A stretch of 64,000 nucleotides of DNA from Mobula hypostoma (Eukaryota). The DNA lies in NCBI RefSeq assembly GCF_963921235.1, contig NC_086097.1, positions 29,204,001 through 29,268,000 of the forward strand, given 5' to 3'. Below are positions 50,293 through 61,989 of the stretch, piece by piece (within the stretch, counting starts at the first letter, position 1; the number at the start of each line of letters is the position of its first letter). The position numbers and the translations under genes are program-made. The notes beneath the pieces were generated by a model that ran no database searches, had not been told where the DNA came from, and was given only the letters and a program-made list of their open reading frames with translations.

Positions 50293-51616
50293 CAAATACC
50301 AAAATATACATGTTAGTGAGTTAATTGGTCACATGAGTGTAAACGGGCAGTACGAGTTCATTGGGCAGAAGGGCCTGTTACTGTAATGTATCTTTAAACA
50401 AGATAAAATAAATGAAACAAGCTCTTCCCCCCAATGTATCCTTGTTGAGATGTCTGTCCAAGCTGGTCCCACTCACCTGTTTCAAAATCAAAGATCGAAG
50501 TTCAACTTATTATCAAAGTACATATATGTCACCATATACTACCCTGAGATTCATTTACCCAATAACGTCAATGACCATAATGGAATCCAGGAAAGACTGC
50601 ACCAACAGGGCGGACAACCAGCGAGCAAACGACAACAAACTGTGCAAATACAAAAAAGAAGAAAAAAATAATGCTAAATAAGTAAACAATAAATATTGAG
50701 ACCATGAGATGTAGGGTCCTTATAGGTTCTGGAGTCAGTTCAGAGTTGAGGTAAGTGAAGTTACCCTCGCCGGTTCAGGAGCCTGGTGGCTGAGGGGTTA
50801 ACAACTGTTGCTGAAGCTGGTGATGTAGTGGTGCAGTAGCAAGGAAAGAGGACACCCTGGATGGAGGGGCCACAGATAATCACTACTGCTTTCCTGTGAC
50901 AGCACTTCATGTAAATGTTCTGAGTGGAGGGGAAGGCTTTTCTGTGATGGACTGAGCTGTGTCCACCATTCTCCTTCCCGCTCCTGGCCAGTACTGTTTC
51001 CATCAGGGTGATATCAGGCGTATGGATTATATCCCTCTGAATCTTTCCTATCCATTTACCATGTCAGACTATTTCTTAAACATTATACCTGTAACCACCT
51101 CTTCACTTCCTCACTCCATATACCCACCACTCTGTGTGTGAAGAACACGTCTGTCCCTCAGGTCCCTTTCAAATGCATCACTTCTGACAGTGAACCAAGG
51201 CCTCACGGCTGCGGTGGAGTGGCAGCCTGCACTTTTATGTCGACACCTCTCGTGTGTAAATCGCTGCATCAGTTAGTGGCCCTGCTCTCACTTCCAGCAA
51301 CCCCAGGACATCTTCCCCCTTCCTTCCCAGTCCCAGAGAAGGGTCTCGGCCCAAAACGCCGACTGTTTACTCTTTTTCATAGATGTTGCCTGGCCCGCTG
51401 AGTTCCTCCAGCGTTTTGTGTGTATTACTTCTATCCCACTGTTATCAGACTCTTAAGTGAACCTTTTGCCTGATAAGCTGGACTCTTGGCCTCACAATCT
51501 GCATCGTTATAGAGGTGTACATGATGATAAGAGGCATAGATCAACTGGACAGCCAGATACATTTTCCCAGGGCAGAAATGGCTAGTAGGAGGGAGCATAA
51601 CTTTAAGGTGATTGGA

Positions 51617-52029
51617 GACAATAGACAATAGGTGCAGGAGTCCACCATTCCGCCCCTCGAGCCAGCACCGCCTTTCACTGTGATCATGGCTGATCATCCA
51701 CAATCAGTACCCTGTTCCTGCCTTCTCCCCATATCCCTTGACTCCACTATCTTTAAGAGCTCTATCTAACTCTTTCTTGAAAGCATCCAGCAAATTGGCT
51801 TCCACGGCCTTCTGAGGCAGAGCATTCCACAGATCCACAACTCTCTGGGTGAAAAAGTTTTTCCTCAACTCCGTTCTAAATGGCCTACCCCTTATTCTTA
51901 AACTGTGGCCTCTGGTTCTGGACTCCCCCAACATCGGGAACATGTTTCCTGCCTCTAGCGTGTCCAATCCCTTAATAATCTTATGTGTTTCAACTAGATC
52001 CCCTCTCAGCCTTCTAAATTCCAGTGTAT
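51617..52029 (-). mobile_element. Young CR1 3' end with (CTATTGT)n tail, inserted in an older LINE fragment
   Basis: Open ORF2 end LEFRRLRGDLVET..GEKAGTGY; tail acaatagacaatag. Confidence 0.92.
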
Positions 52030-52329
52030 AGGGGGGCATGTCAGACGTAGGTTTTTTATAAACAGAGTGGTGGGTGTGAGGAGTAGCCTACTGTGGGTAA
52101 TGATAGAGGCAGATACATTAGAGATAATTAAGGAACTCTTAGATGAGAACAACGGAGGGCTACGTAAGAGGGAAGGGTTAGAGTGATCTTAGTCTAAGTC
52201 AAAGGGTTGGCACAAGATCGTGAGCTAAAAGCCCTTGATATCTTCCTCTGATCAGAGGGAGGAGAAGAGATAGGAGGTCTTGTTTCTCTGAGGCAGCAAG
52301 AAGTACAGATGGAGGGGAGGGAGGGGAGC

Positions 52330-52900
52330 AGCACAATGGGTCGGGCAGCATCTGTGGAGGGAAATGGAAAGTTGACGTTTCGGTCGAGACCCTTCATCAT
52401 AACTGGAAAGGAAGAGGACAGAAACCAGAGAACATGGAGGTCCCGCCTTTTGTGGTGGACTGAGCAAAGGTGCCCAACGAAGCAGTCTCCCAATCCACGT
52501 TGGAGAAGAGTAATGGATACAGTAGATGACCCCGACAGACTCACAGGTGAAGTGTTGCCTCACCGAGAAGGACTGTTGGGGCCCTGAATGGTAGTGAGGG
52601 AGGAGGTGAATGGGCAGGCGTTACACTTGTCCCACTTGCAGGGTTAAGTGCCAGGAGGGAGAAGAGTAGAGAGAGGTGAGTGGACGAGGGAGAGTGTGAT
52701 TGCTGTGGAAAGCTGTAAGTATGGGGTCGGGGTGGGGGGGGAGAGAGATGTGTTCAGTGGTAGGATCCCATTGAAGATGGCAGAAGTTAGGGAGAATTAC
52801 ATTCTAGATGCAGAGGCTTGTGGGGTGGTAGGTGAGGACAAGGGGAACTCTATCCCTTCTATGGCGGCAAGAAGATGGGATGAGAGCAGATGTCCCAAGA
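52330..52900 (-). mobile_element. PLE fragment (GIY-YIG remnant plus terminal repeat), internally deleted
   Basis: RQHFTCESVGVIYCI; hammerhead-like motif at 52370-52405. Confidence 0.8.
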
Positions 52901-53190
52901 TGATACTAAAGGATCTCACGATGGCTAACCATTTCAATTCCACTTTCCATTTCCATTCTGACACGTTGGTCCACTGCCTCCTCTACTGTCATGATGCGAA
53001 AGCACTTAAGCTGGCGGAGCAACACTTCATAATCTGGGTAGCTTCTAACATGATGCAGTAAATATCAGTTTCTTCAGCCTCCAGTAATTTCCCCTAACCC
53101 TCCTTCTCTCATTTTCCATTCCTCATTCTGATTCACCTTTCACCCCTTCTCTTCTCCTTACCTGCCAAACATGTTTGTTTGGTGCCCCCC

Positions 53191-53784
53191 TCCTTCCCGT
53201 TCTCCCGTGGTTCACTGTTCTCTCCTGTCAATTCCTTCCCATTCTCCCGTGGTCCACTGTTCTCTCCTGTCAGTTCCTTCCTGTTCTCCCGTGGTCCACT
53301 GTTCTCTCCTATCAATTCCTTCCTGTTCTCCCGTGGTCCACTGTTCTCTCCTATCAATTCCTTCCCGTTCTCCCATGGTCCACTGTTCTCTCCTATCAAT
53401 TCCTTCCCGTTCTCCCGTGGTCCACTGTTCTCTCCTGTCAATTCCTTCCCATTCTCCCGTGGTCCACTGTTCTCTCCTATCAATTCCTTCCCGTTCTCCC
53501 GTGGTCCACTGTTCTCTCCTATCAATTCCTTCCTGTTCTCCCGTGGTCCACTGTTCTCTCCTATCAATTCCTTCCCATTCTCCCGTGGTCCACTGTTCTC
53601 TCCTATCAATTCCTTCCTGTTCTCCCGTGGTCCACTGTTCTCTCCTGTCAATTCCTTCCCGTTCTCCCGTGGTCCACTGTTCTCTCCTATCAATTCCTTC
53701 CTGTTCTCCCGTGGTCCACTGTTCTCTCCTGTCAATTCCTTCCCGTTCTCCCGTGGTCCACTGTTCTCTCCTGTCAATTCCTTC
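53191..53784. repeat. 42-bp minisatellite, 14 copies
   Basis: Unit tccttcccgttctcccgtggtccactgttctctcctatcaat; it explains the four repetitive ORFs at 53133-53948. Confidence 0.97.
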
Positions 53785-54109
53785 TTCTTCAGCCCTTTAC
53801 CTCTTCCACCTATCACCCCCCGGTTTCTCACTTCACCCCCCCCAACCACTCACATTCCCCCTCACCTGACTTCACCCGTCACGTGACAGCTTGTACTCCT
53901 CCCCATCCTCCAGCCTTCTTATCCTGGCTTCCTTCCCCTTCCTGTTGAAGAATTTTGACCCAAAATGTCGACTGTTTATTGCCGCCTGAGCTAGAGTTCC
54001 TGCAGCATTTTATTTATTTATTGAGATGCCGTGTGGAATAGGCCCCTCTGGCCCTTTGAACCACGCTGTTCTGCAATCCCCCAAGCTAATTCTAGCCCAA
54101 TCACAGGAC

Positions 54110-56492
54110 CTTAGGCTACAAACAATACAAACACCCATGTCAAGGTGCTGTTCATCGACTATAGATCAGCATTTAACACCATCATTCTCACAATCCTGAT
54201 TGATAAGTTACAGAACCTGGGCCTCTGTACCTCCCTCTGCAATTGGATCCTCAACTTCCTAACTGGAAGACCACAATCTGTGTGGATTGGTGATAATATC
54301 TCCTCCTCGTTGATGATAACACTGGTACACCTCAAGGGTGTGTGCTTAGCCCACTGCTCTACTTTCTCTATACCCATGACTGTCTGGCTCAAATACCATC
54401 TATAAATTTGCTGATGATACAACCATTGTTGGTAGAATCTCAGATGGAGACGAAAGGGCGTACAGGAGCGAAATATGCCAACTAGTGGAATGGTGTCACA
54501 GCAACAACCTGGCACTCAACGTCAGTAAGACGAAAGAGCTGATTGTGAACTTCAGGAAGGGTAAGACGAAGGAGCACATACATGGATAGGGGAGAACCAG
54601 TGGATGTGGTATATTTGGATTTTCAGAAGGCTTTTGACAAGGTCCCACACAGGAAATTAGTGTGCAAACTTAAAGCACACGGTATTGGGGGTAAGGTATT
54701 GGTGTGGGTGGAGAATTGGTTAGCAGACAGGAAGCAAAGAGTGGGAATAAACGGGACCTTTTCAGAATGGCAGGCAGTGACTAGTGGGGTACCGCAAGGC
54801 TCAGTGCTGGGACCCCAGTTGTTTACAATATATATTAATGACTTGGATGAGGGAATTAAATGCAGCATCTCCAAGTTTGTGGATGACACGAAGCTGGGCA
54901 GCAGTGTTAGCAGTGAGGAGGATGCTAAGAGGATGCAGGGTGACTTGGATAGGTTGGGTGAGTGGGCAAACTCATGGCAGATGCAATTTAATGTGGATAA
55001 ATGTGAAGTTATCCACTTTGGTGGCAAAAATAGGAAAACAGATTATTATCTGAATGGTGGCCGATTAGGAAAAGGGGAGGTGCAACAAGACCTGGGTGTC
55101 ATTATACACCAGTCATTGAAAGTGGGCATGCAGGTACAGGAGGCGGTGAAAAAGGAGAATGGTATGCTAGCATTTATAGCGAGAGGATTTGAGTACAGGA
55201 GCAGGGAGGTACTACTGCAGTTGTACAAGGCCTTGGTGAGACCACACCTGGAGTATTGTGTACAGTTTTGGTCCCCTAATCTGAGGAAAGACATCTTTGC
55301 CATAGAGGGAGTACAAAGAAGGTTCACCAGATTGATTCCTGGGATGGCAGGACTTTCATATGAAGAAAGACTGGATGAACTGGGCTTGTACTCGTTGGAA
55401 TTTAGAAGATTGAGGGGGGATCTGATTGAAACGTATAAGATCCTAAAGGGATTGGACAGGCTAGATGCAGGAAGATTGTTCCCGATGTTGGGGAAGTCCA
55501 GAACGAGGGGTCACAGTTTGAGGATAGAGGGGAAGCCTTTTAGGACCGAGATTAGGAAAAACTTCTTCACACAGAGAGTGGTGAATCTGTGGAATTCTCT
55601 GCCACAGCAAACTGTTGAGGCCAGTTCATTGGCTATGTTTAAGAGGGAGTTAGATATGGCCCTTGTGGCTACAGGGGTCAGGGGGTATGGAGGGAAGGCT
55701 GGGGCGGGGTTCTGAGTTGGATGATCAGCCATGATCATAATAAATGGCAGTGCAGGCTCGAAGGGCCGAATGGCCTACTCCTGCACCTATTTTCTATGTT
55801 TCTATACCAATCCTCAGAGAGGGATCAGAAGTGGAGAGAGTGAGCAGTTTCAAGTTCCTGGGTGTCAAGATCTCTGAGGACCTAACCTGGTCCTAACATA
55901 TTGTGCAGCTATAAAGAAGGCAAGACAGTGACAATATTTCATTAGGAATTTGAAGAGATTTGGTATGTAACACTCAAAAACTTCTATAGATGTACCATGG
56001 AGAGCATTCTGACATGGTATGGGGGGGTGGAGGGGGTGGCTACTGCACAGGACCGAAAGAAGCTGCAGAGGGTCATTAAGTTTAGCCAGCTCCATCTTGG
56101 GTACTAGCCTACAAAGTACCCAGCATACCTTCAAGGAGCAGTGTCTCAGAAAGGCAGCGTCCATTATTAAGGACCTCCAGCACCCAGAGCATGCCCTTTC
56201 CTCACTGTTACCATTAGGAAGGAGATACAGAAGCCTGAAGGCACACACTCAGTGATTCAGGAACAGCTTCTTTCCCTCTGCCATCCGATTCCTAAATGGA
56301 CATTGAACCCGTGAACACTACCTCACTTTTTTGATATATGCTTTTTCTGTTTTGCATGATCTTTAATCTATTCAATATACGTATACTGTAATTTATTTAT
56401 TTGTTTCTCTTCTATATTAGGTATTGCATTGAACTGCTGCTACTAATTTTCATGACACATGCCAGTGATAGTAAATCTGATTCTGATTCTGA
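54110..56492 (+). mobile_element. Rex1/Babar-type LINE (same subfamily as 16714-18678) split by CR1
   Basis: [12 protein letters not shown] and KFADDTT; EHI|PIL rejoins across the insert; tctgattctgattctga tail. Confidence 0.9.
54582..55803 (+). mobile_element. Young 5'-truncated CR1 LINE with a 377-aa open partial RT (54582-55715)
   Basis: YLDFQKAFD, GVPQGSVLGP, FVDD; tttctatgtttct tail; atac TSD at 54578-54581 and 55804-55807. Confidence 0.95.
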
Positions 56493-56653
56493 CAACTTAC
56501 AATGACCAATTAACCTTTGGACTGTGGGAGGAAACCCACACAGTCATAGGGAGAGCATACAGACTTCTTACAGGCAGCAGTGGGGTTTGAATCCTGGTCG
56601 CTGGTAATGTAAGCCACTGTGCTAACCACAACACTACTGTGCTGCCCAAGCGC

Positions 56654-56655
<2 letters not shown>

Positions 56656-56691
<36 letters not shown>
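56656..56691. repeat. (GT)18 microsatellite
   Basis: Direct read; sits where other PLE ends in the window have a short gtgtgtgt. Confidence 0.95.
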
Positions 56692-56692
<1 letters not shown>

Positions 56693-57230
56693 GCTCAAGA
56701 TTTCCAGCATCTGCAGAGTGTCTGGCATTTGTAACAGACAAGACCGTTATTCAATCACAGGGTCATGAGATGGCCCAGAAATTGCTTAAGGCATGTTGTG
56801 CTGAATATGACATTCCCTTAGAAACTCCACGATTGAATTACAGCCCTGTAACACATTCGGGGCTGTGTGTCATTCTATATTTATTCAATGATCCTAAAGG
56901 CAGTAAATCGAGAATTATACATTTCCAGAGTACCAAAACCATCTGGCAGTAGGAATCCCGCTGATAAAAATCGACTCAGGCCAACCAGAGAAAGAAACAG
57001 CGATCATTTGAGTGTGGAGACAGAGACTCTGTGCTCAGCCACAGTCTGACTCACTTTCTGGACTTGAGGACCCGAGTTATAGGGAGAGGTGCTGAGGAGA
57101 ATGAGAGGAGATTTGAGAGAGGTATGCAAAATTATGTAGGGTATAGAGTTAATGGAAGCAGGTTTTCTCCTGTCATGTTGGATTAGACAGTATATTAATG
57201 TTATATTGAGGGCTTTAACAGACTTATTTC

Positions 57231-57800
57231 ATTGTGGTTGGCATCCATCTGTCTCGAAGCACAATGGACGATGGTGATCATCATCACAAGCCTGGGCGGA
57301 AGGTATGGAGATCCTGAGATGCCCAGTTGTCAAGACCACCAGTGTAATCCAAAGGAAAGCTTATGAAGCAATATGCCTGGCACCAGCTTGGCTGCAGGAG
57401 CTGCTGGAAGGATGTTCAATGACGTGCAGCCACCTCAGGGGCTCCACTGCGGATTTGCCGTCTGGGTTTACTCCTGTAGCCTTCGTCTCTCCCGAGGCTG
57501 CTCAAAGCAGTGAGGCTACTTACCCATAGCTGGGGATCTGGTCTATGAGCACCAGGGTGTGTCCACACACCAGTGAGCCTGCATACTACGTGAGCAGGGG
57601 CCAAACCTCCTCCCCGTCCTCTATGATTCAGCCTGAGTCCGAAAGGAATTCAATTTGCGTGTGTCGCCAGCGAGGAGGCACTGCATGAGGATTCCTGTTG
57701 GAGAGGCTGTTACTGGCAGGGAGAGGCTTGCACACTCAGCTCTCCTTTTCGCGAGACTGCTAACCAGTGGTGGAAGCTGAAAGTGAGTAACAAGCATTAC
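57231..57800 (-). mobile_element. Probable non-autonomous RTE-clade element
   Basis: Minus strand ends ccattgtgcttcgagacagatggatgccaaccacaa, like RTE 3' ends with (CAA)n tails; the GC-rich non-coding body resembles an RTE 5' UTR. Recognised from memory. Confidence 0.5.
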
Positions 57801-59200
57801 CCACTACAGTACCACGCTATATGTGTCACAACAGCCATTTTGACACCATTTACTTCACTAAAGTGATGGATTTAATATATCTTCTTCCACTGAGGTTGGG
57901 TGAAACTAAAGCCATATGTTCTAGTTTGTACGTTCTCCTCTGACTGCTCCTCTTTCCTCCCACAGTCCAAAGATGTACCGGTTGGTAGGTCCATGGGGCT
58001 GGAAGGGCCTGTTCAGCATAGTATCCCTAAGTAAACAAACAAGCAAACAGACAAATAAATAAATCAATAGAGGTCATAGGTTAAAGGGAGTAAGGTGAAA
58101 CATTGAAGCAGATTCTGAAGGGTAACGACTCAGGAGGAAGTGTTGATGCAGGTTTGACTGTGACATTTGGGCAAGCAGATGGATGGAAGGAGTGCGGAGG
58201 CCTATGGTTTAAGTGTGGATCGATGGGATTAGGCAGGGTAACAGCTCAGTACAGACCAGATGGGATGAAGGGCATGTTTCTGCACTGAAGTGCTCCATAA
58301 CTCTATGACTCTAAGTATACACCAGGATGGGGGGGACACTGCTCCAGGGGTGTAGAAATTATCCAGGAAAATAACACTCACTCCTGAGGCGTCCAATGCA
58401 AAAGCTGCTGGTTAGTCAAGGGCTTTTGAAGTAGTTTCATCGCGCACCTTTGCTTGTCCATCAACACTTCCCCAAAGGTGCATGCCCCACAGATAACTCA
58501 TGGAGTCAATGAGCTGCACAGTACAGAAACCCACTGTGCCCACAGTGACCCTTCTGCCCATCTTTACTAATCGTACTTGCCCGCATTTGGACCATATGCT
58601 CTCTGCCTTGTCTATTTAGGTGCCTGTTAAACAGAGAGATTGCATCCAATTCCACCACCTCCACTGGCAGCAGCTTCCCACACATCAACCACTTCTCTGT
58701 GCAAATACTTTCAGATTCAGATTTACTTATCAGAAAGGACAGTGAAATGTGTCAGTTGCATTAACAACCAACACAGCCAAGGGTGTGCTGGGGGCAGTGC
58801 CAACACAGATGTTCAGCAGAACAACACAAAACAGCAACAACAACAGATCAAAACAAGATCACAACAGCGAAACAAGCCCCTTTACCACTCAACCCCTCAC
58901 ACAGGCAAGCCTCCTACCCCAGAACCTACCCTTTGACCTCAAGCTAAGTCATTGGGTATATTTAAAGCAGAGGTGTTTGATTAGTAAGGATATCAACGGT
59001 AGCAGGGAGAAAGCAGGAGAATGGAGTTAAGAGGGATAATAAATCAGCCATGATGGAATGGCAGAGCAGACTGTATGGGCTGAATGGCCTAATTCTGCTC
59101 TTATGTCTTTTGGTCTTATGGTCCCCTTTAAAACTCCTTCTTCTCAACTTAAACTTATACCTGTTTTTGGCTACCCAACCATTCTGACGATCTACCCTGC

Positions 59201-59745
59201 CACTCAGTGGCCACTTTATTAGATACACCTGTACACCTGCTCATTAACACAAATATCTAATCAGGCAATCATGTGGTAGTAACTCAATGCATAAAAGCAT
59301 GCAGATGTGGTCAAGAGGCTCAGGCATTGCTCAGACCAAACACCAGAATGGGGAAGAAATGTGATCTACGTGACCGTTCGTACAATAATTGTTGGTGCCA
59401 GATGGGGTGGTTTGAGTATCTCAGAAACTGCTGATCTCCTGGGATTTTCATGGACAATAGTCTCTAGAGTTTACAGAGAATGGTGCAAGGAACAAAAGAA
59501 CATCGAGTGAGCAACAGTTCTGCGGGCAAAATTGCCTTGATAATGAGAGAGGTCAGAGGTGAATGGCCAGACCAACTCAAGCTGACAGGAGGGCGACAGT
59601 AACTCAAATGACCATGTGCTTCAACAGTAGTGGGCAGAAGATCATCTCTGAATGCACAACACATCAAACTTTGAAGTGGACGAGATACAGCGGCAGAAAG
59701 CCATGAACACATACCCAGTGCCCACTTTATTGGGCACCTCCTGAC
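59201..59745 (+). mobile_element. Tc1-like non-autonomous element with transposase N-terminal remnant
   Basis: TIR cactcagtggccactttattaga; MGKKCDL..IVGARWGGLSISETADLLGFS..VSRVYREW (HTH region). Confidence 0.82.
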
Positions 59746-59934
59746 CAAAGTCCTCCGAACTAGGCAAAATGCAGATGAATCTCCCCAGCACAACCCCATC
59801 ACTCCTACGATGTGGCGAAAGAACTTCATGCAGTCTTGCAGGTGGAGTCTAACCTGAGCTGTGACATTCCATCTCAGCTTTTATACTCCACAGAGGTGGA
59901 TTGGGAGAGTCACCACGCAGCCTGACAGCCTCTA

Positions 59935-60410
59935 GGTCACCTGAGCCTACAGTCATTACTGCAGACTTAAGATCAGTCTTCTGTAGAGTGGACCTTCAGA
60001 AAGTAACTGGTCTGGATGATGTCCCTGGCTGTGACCTTAGATCCTGTCCAGATCAGCTCGTGGGATTATTTGCAGACATTTTTAGTGCCTCCCTGCTTCA
60101 TGCTATGGTTCCCTCCTGCTTTAGGCCACCATCTGCCCAGTAGCCAAGAAAAACAAGATAATGTGCCTTAATGACGCCAGTCCAGTGGCTCCCACATCTA
60201 CTGCTATCAAGAGCTTCAAGGAACTCCAGACTTCCAAAGAACCTCTATTGTCTCTGATTTCCCTACCACTGAAACAGGTCTATAGCAGACACCATCTCCC
60301 TGGCCCCACAGTCATCTTTGGAGCATCTGGACAGTGAAGACACTTATTCATTGACTCCATCTTCTACACTATAATTCCAAGCAAGCTGAACTCTAAGCTC
60401 CATGATCTGT
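59935..60410 (+). mobile_element. Highly degraded Rex1-type RT fragment
   Basis: KVTGLDDVPGCDLRSCPDQLVGLFADIF, homologous to KAAGPD..CADQL..DIFN. Confidence 0.75.
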
Positions 60411-60619
60411 TATCAGATTCTTGAATTGACTTGACATACACTAAAAAAGAATTTTCGACCCTATCGTGGCCCTTATACTTTACCCGCACTGCCCGTTCTC
60501 TGTAATTGTGACATGATATCCCACATTCTGGTTTCTTTTTACGACCTCAATGTACTAGTATGGAACGATCGGCCTGGATGGCACCAAACAAAAGCTTTTC
60601 ACTGATGTCAATAAGATTG

Positions 60620-61060
60620 GAAGTCTGTAGAAAGGATGTTGCTTGTATTTTGAAGACCTGGAAGGTGAATAGTTAGGACTTTGTTCTCTGGAGTGCAGGT
60701 GATTGAAGAGAAATTTGAAAGAGGTATAGAATTGTGAGGGATATAGATAGGGTAAATGCAAGCAGGCTTTCTCCACCGAGGATGGGTGAGACTAGAACTA
60801 GAGATGATGGGTTAAACATGGAAGGTGAAATGTTTAAGGGGAACATGAGGGGGATTTCATCACTCAGGGGATGGCGCAAGTGTGGAATGAGCTTCAGTTG
60901 GTAATGACGGACGTGGCTTTGATAGGGAAATTTAGGGAAAGTTTGAATAAGTACTTGGATGGGAGGGTGTATGGTGGGTTATGTCCCAGATAGATAGGAA
61001 GAGGCAGATGATCAGGCCACCATGGACGAGATGTTTCTGTGCTGTAGTGATCTGTGACTC
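60620..61060 (+). mobile_element. Old CR1-like LINE 3' fragment
   Basis: Same family as 12230-12600 (gggtaaatgcaa.caggcttt, tttaaggggaacatgagggg). Confidence 0.75.
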
Positions 61061-61989
61061 CATGATCTATCTTATGATCTTTCTCAGTACATGTGACAAC
61101 CGATATCAAGTGTTCAAGAATGCTCCCTACTCTGCATTCCTCCATAGTTCATCAGAAGAAGAGTTGCAGAAGAAACATTGGAAGGTTTTCACAGACAGGC
61201 AGGGCACAGTCAAAATCTTCATGCACCCAAGGAATAGTCCTCTTTATGTTTCACTTTAGACCGGAAGAATGATATTCAGTGCTGAGACATACAGTGCTAC
61301 AGGAGTGAACACACAGACACCCCAGTGTATTGTTGTCTGCTCAGGAAATTTTATTGTAGTGAATTTTGGAAACATCAACAGGTGCTGACATTTTGGGGGT
61401 TTAGTTTGTACATCTGAATATGCATTTATGTCTGATAACTTACAGTGTGTGTCAAGTCCACAGGTTTGTTGTATCAGTGTTGGAATGGGTTTGGAAAGGC
61501 TTTGATGCAAAATTAAAGATTTATTAGTGATTGTTACAGAGAAAGAGGCAATATATCCTTGCAATTGGAGTTGGAATTGGAAGAGGTTTATCAACCAGAA
61601 CTTTTCTCTTTGGAGTGAAGGAGGATGACAGGCGATTTTATCGAGGTGTACAAGTTGATAAGAGGCATAGAGAGAGTGGACAACCAGTGAATTTTTCCCA
61701 GGGCAGAAATGGGTAATATGAGGGAACATAATTTTAAGGTGATTGGAGGGAGGGGCGTGGGGGGACGTCAGAAGTAGGTTTTTTTCACACAGAGAATGGA
61801 GTACGTGGAACACCCTGTCAGTGTGGTGCTAAAGGCAGATACATTAGGGGCATTTAAGAGACACATGGATGATTGAAAACTCGAGGGCAAGGTGGGAGGG
61901 AAGGGTTAGGTGGTACTAGACAGAATAATGGCCTGGCATGGAGTAGATAGGCTGAGGACTGTTTCTGTCGTGCTCTGTGCCTCTATAGC

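Larger units (their letters stand above)
54009..56647 (-). mobile_element. tRNA-derived SINE (54009-54109 and 56493-56647) split by Rex1
   Basis: Head gggcagcacagtagtgttgtggttagc..gattcaaacc at the right end, (AAAT)n tail at the left; halves rejoin as cacaggac|aacttacaatgacc. Confidence 0.78.
52915..56720 (+). mobile_element. PLE 3' part (52915-54011 and 56656-56720) split by nested SINE, Rex1 and CR1
   Basis: ANHFNS..LKLAEQHFI remnant; gagttcctgcagcatttt resumes as gtgtg..ttgctcaagatttccagcatctgcag after the nest. Confidence 0.82.

Noticed and set aside
53133..53948. Four 232-257 aa repeat proteins
   Set aside because: By-products of a stop-poor 42-bp unit that is open in several frames on both strands.
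54582..55715. Functional or domesticated stand-alone RT gene, or a Rex1-CR1 fusion
   Set aside because: It lacks the endonuclease and N-terminal RT. The ATG is an internal Met at the truncation point, and the host Rex frame stops two codons after the junction (CAT GGA TAG).
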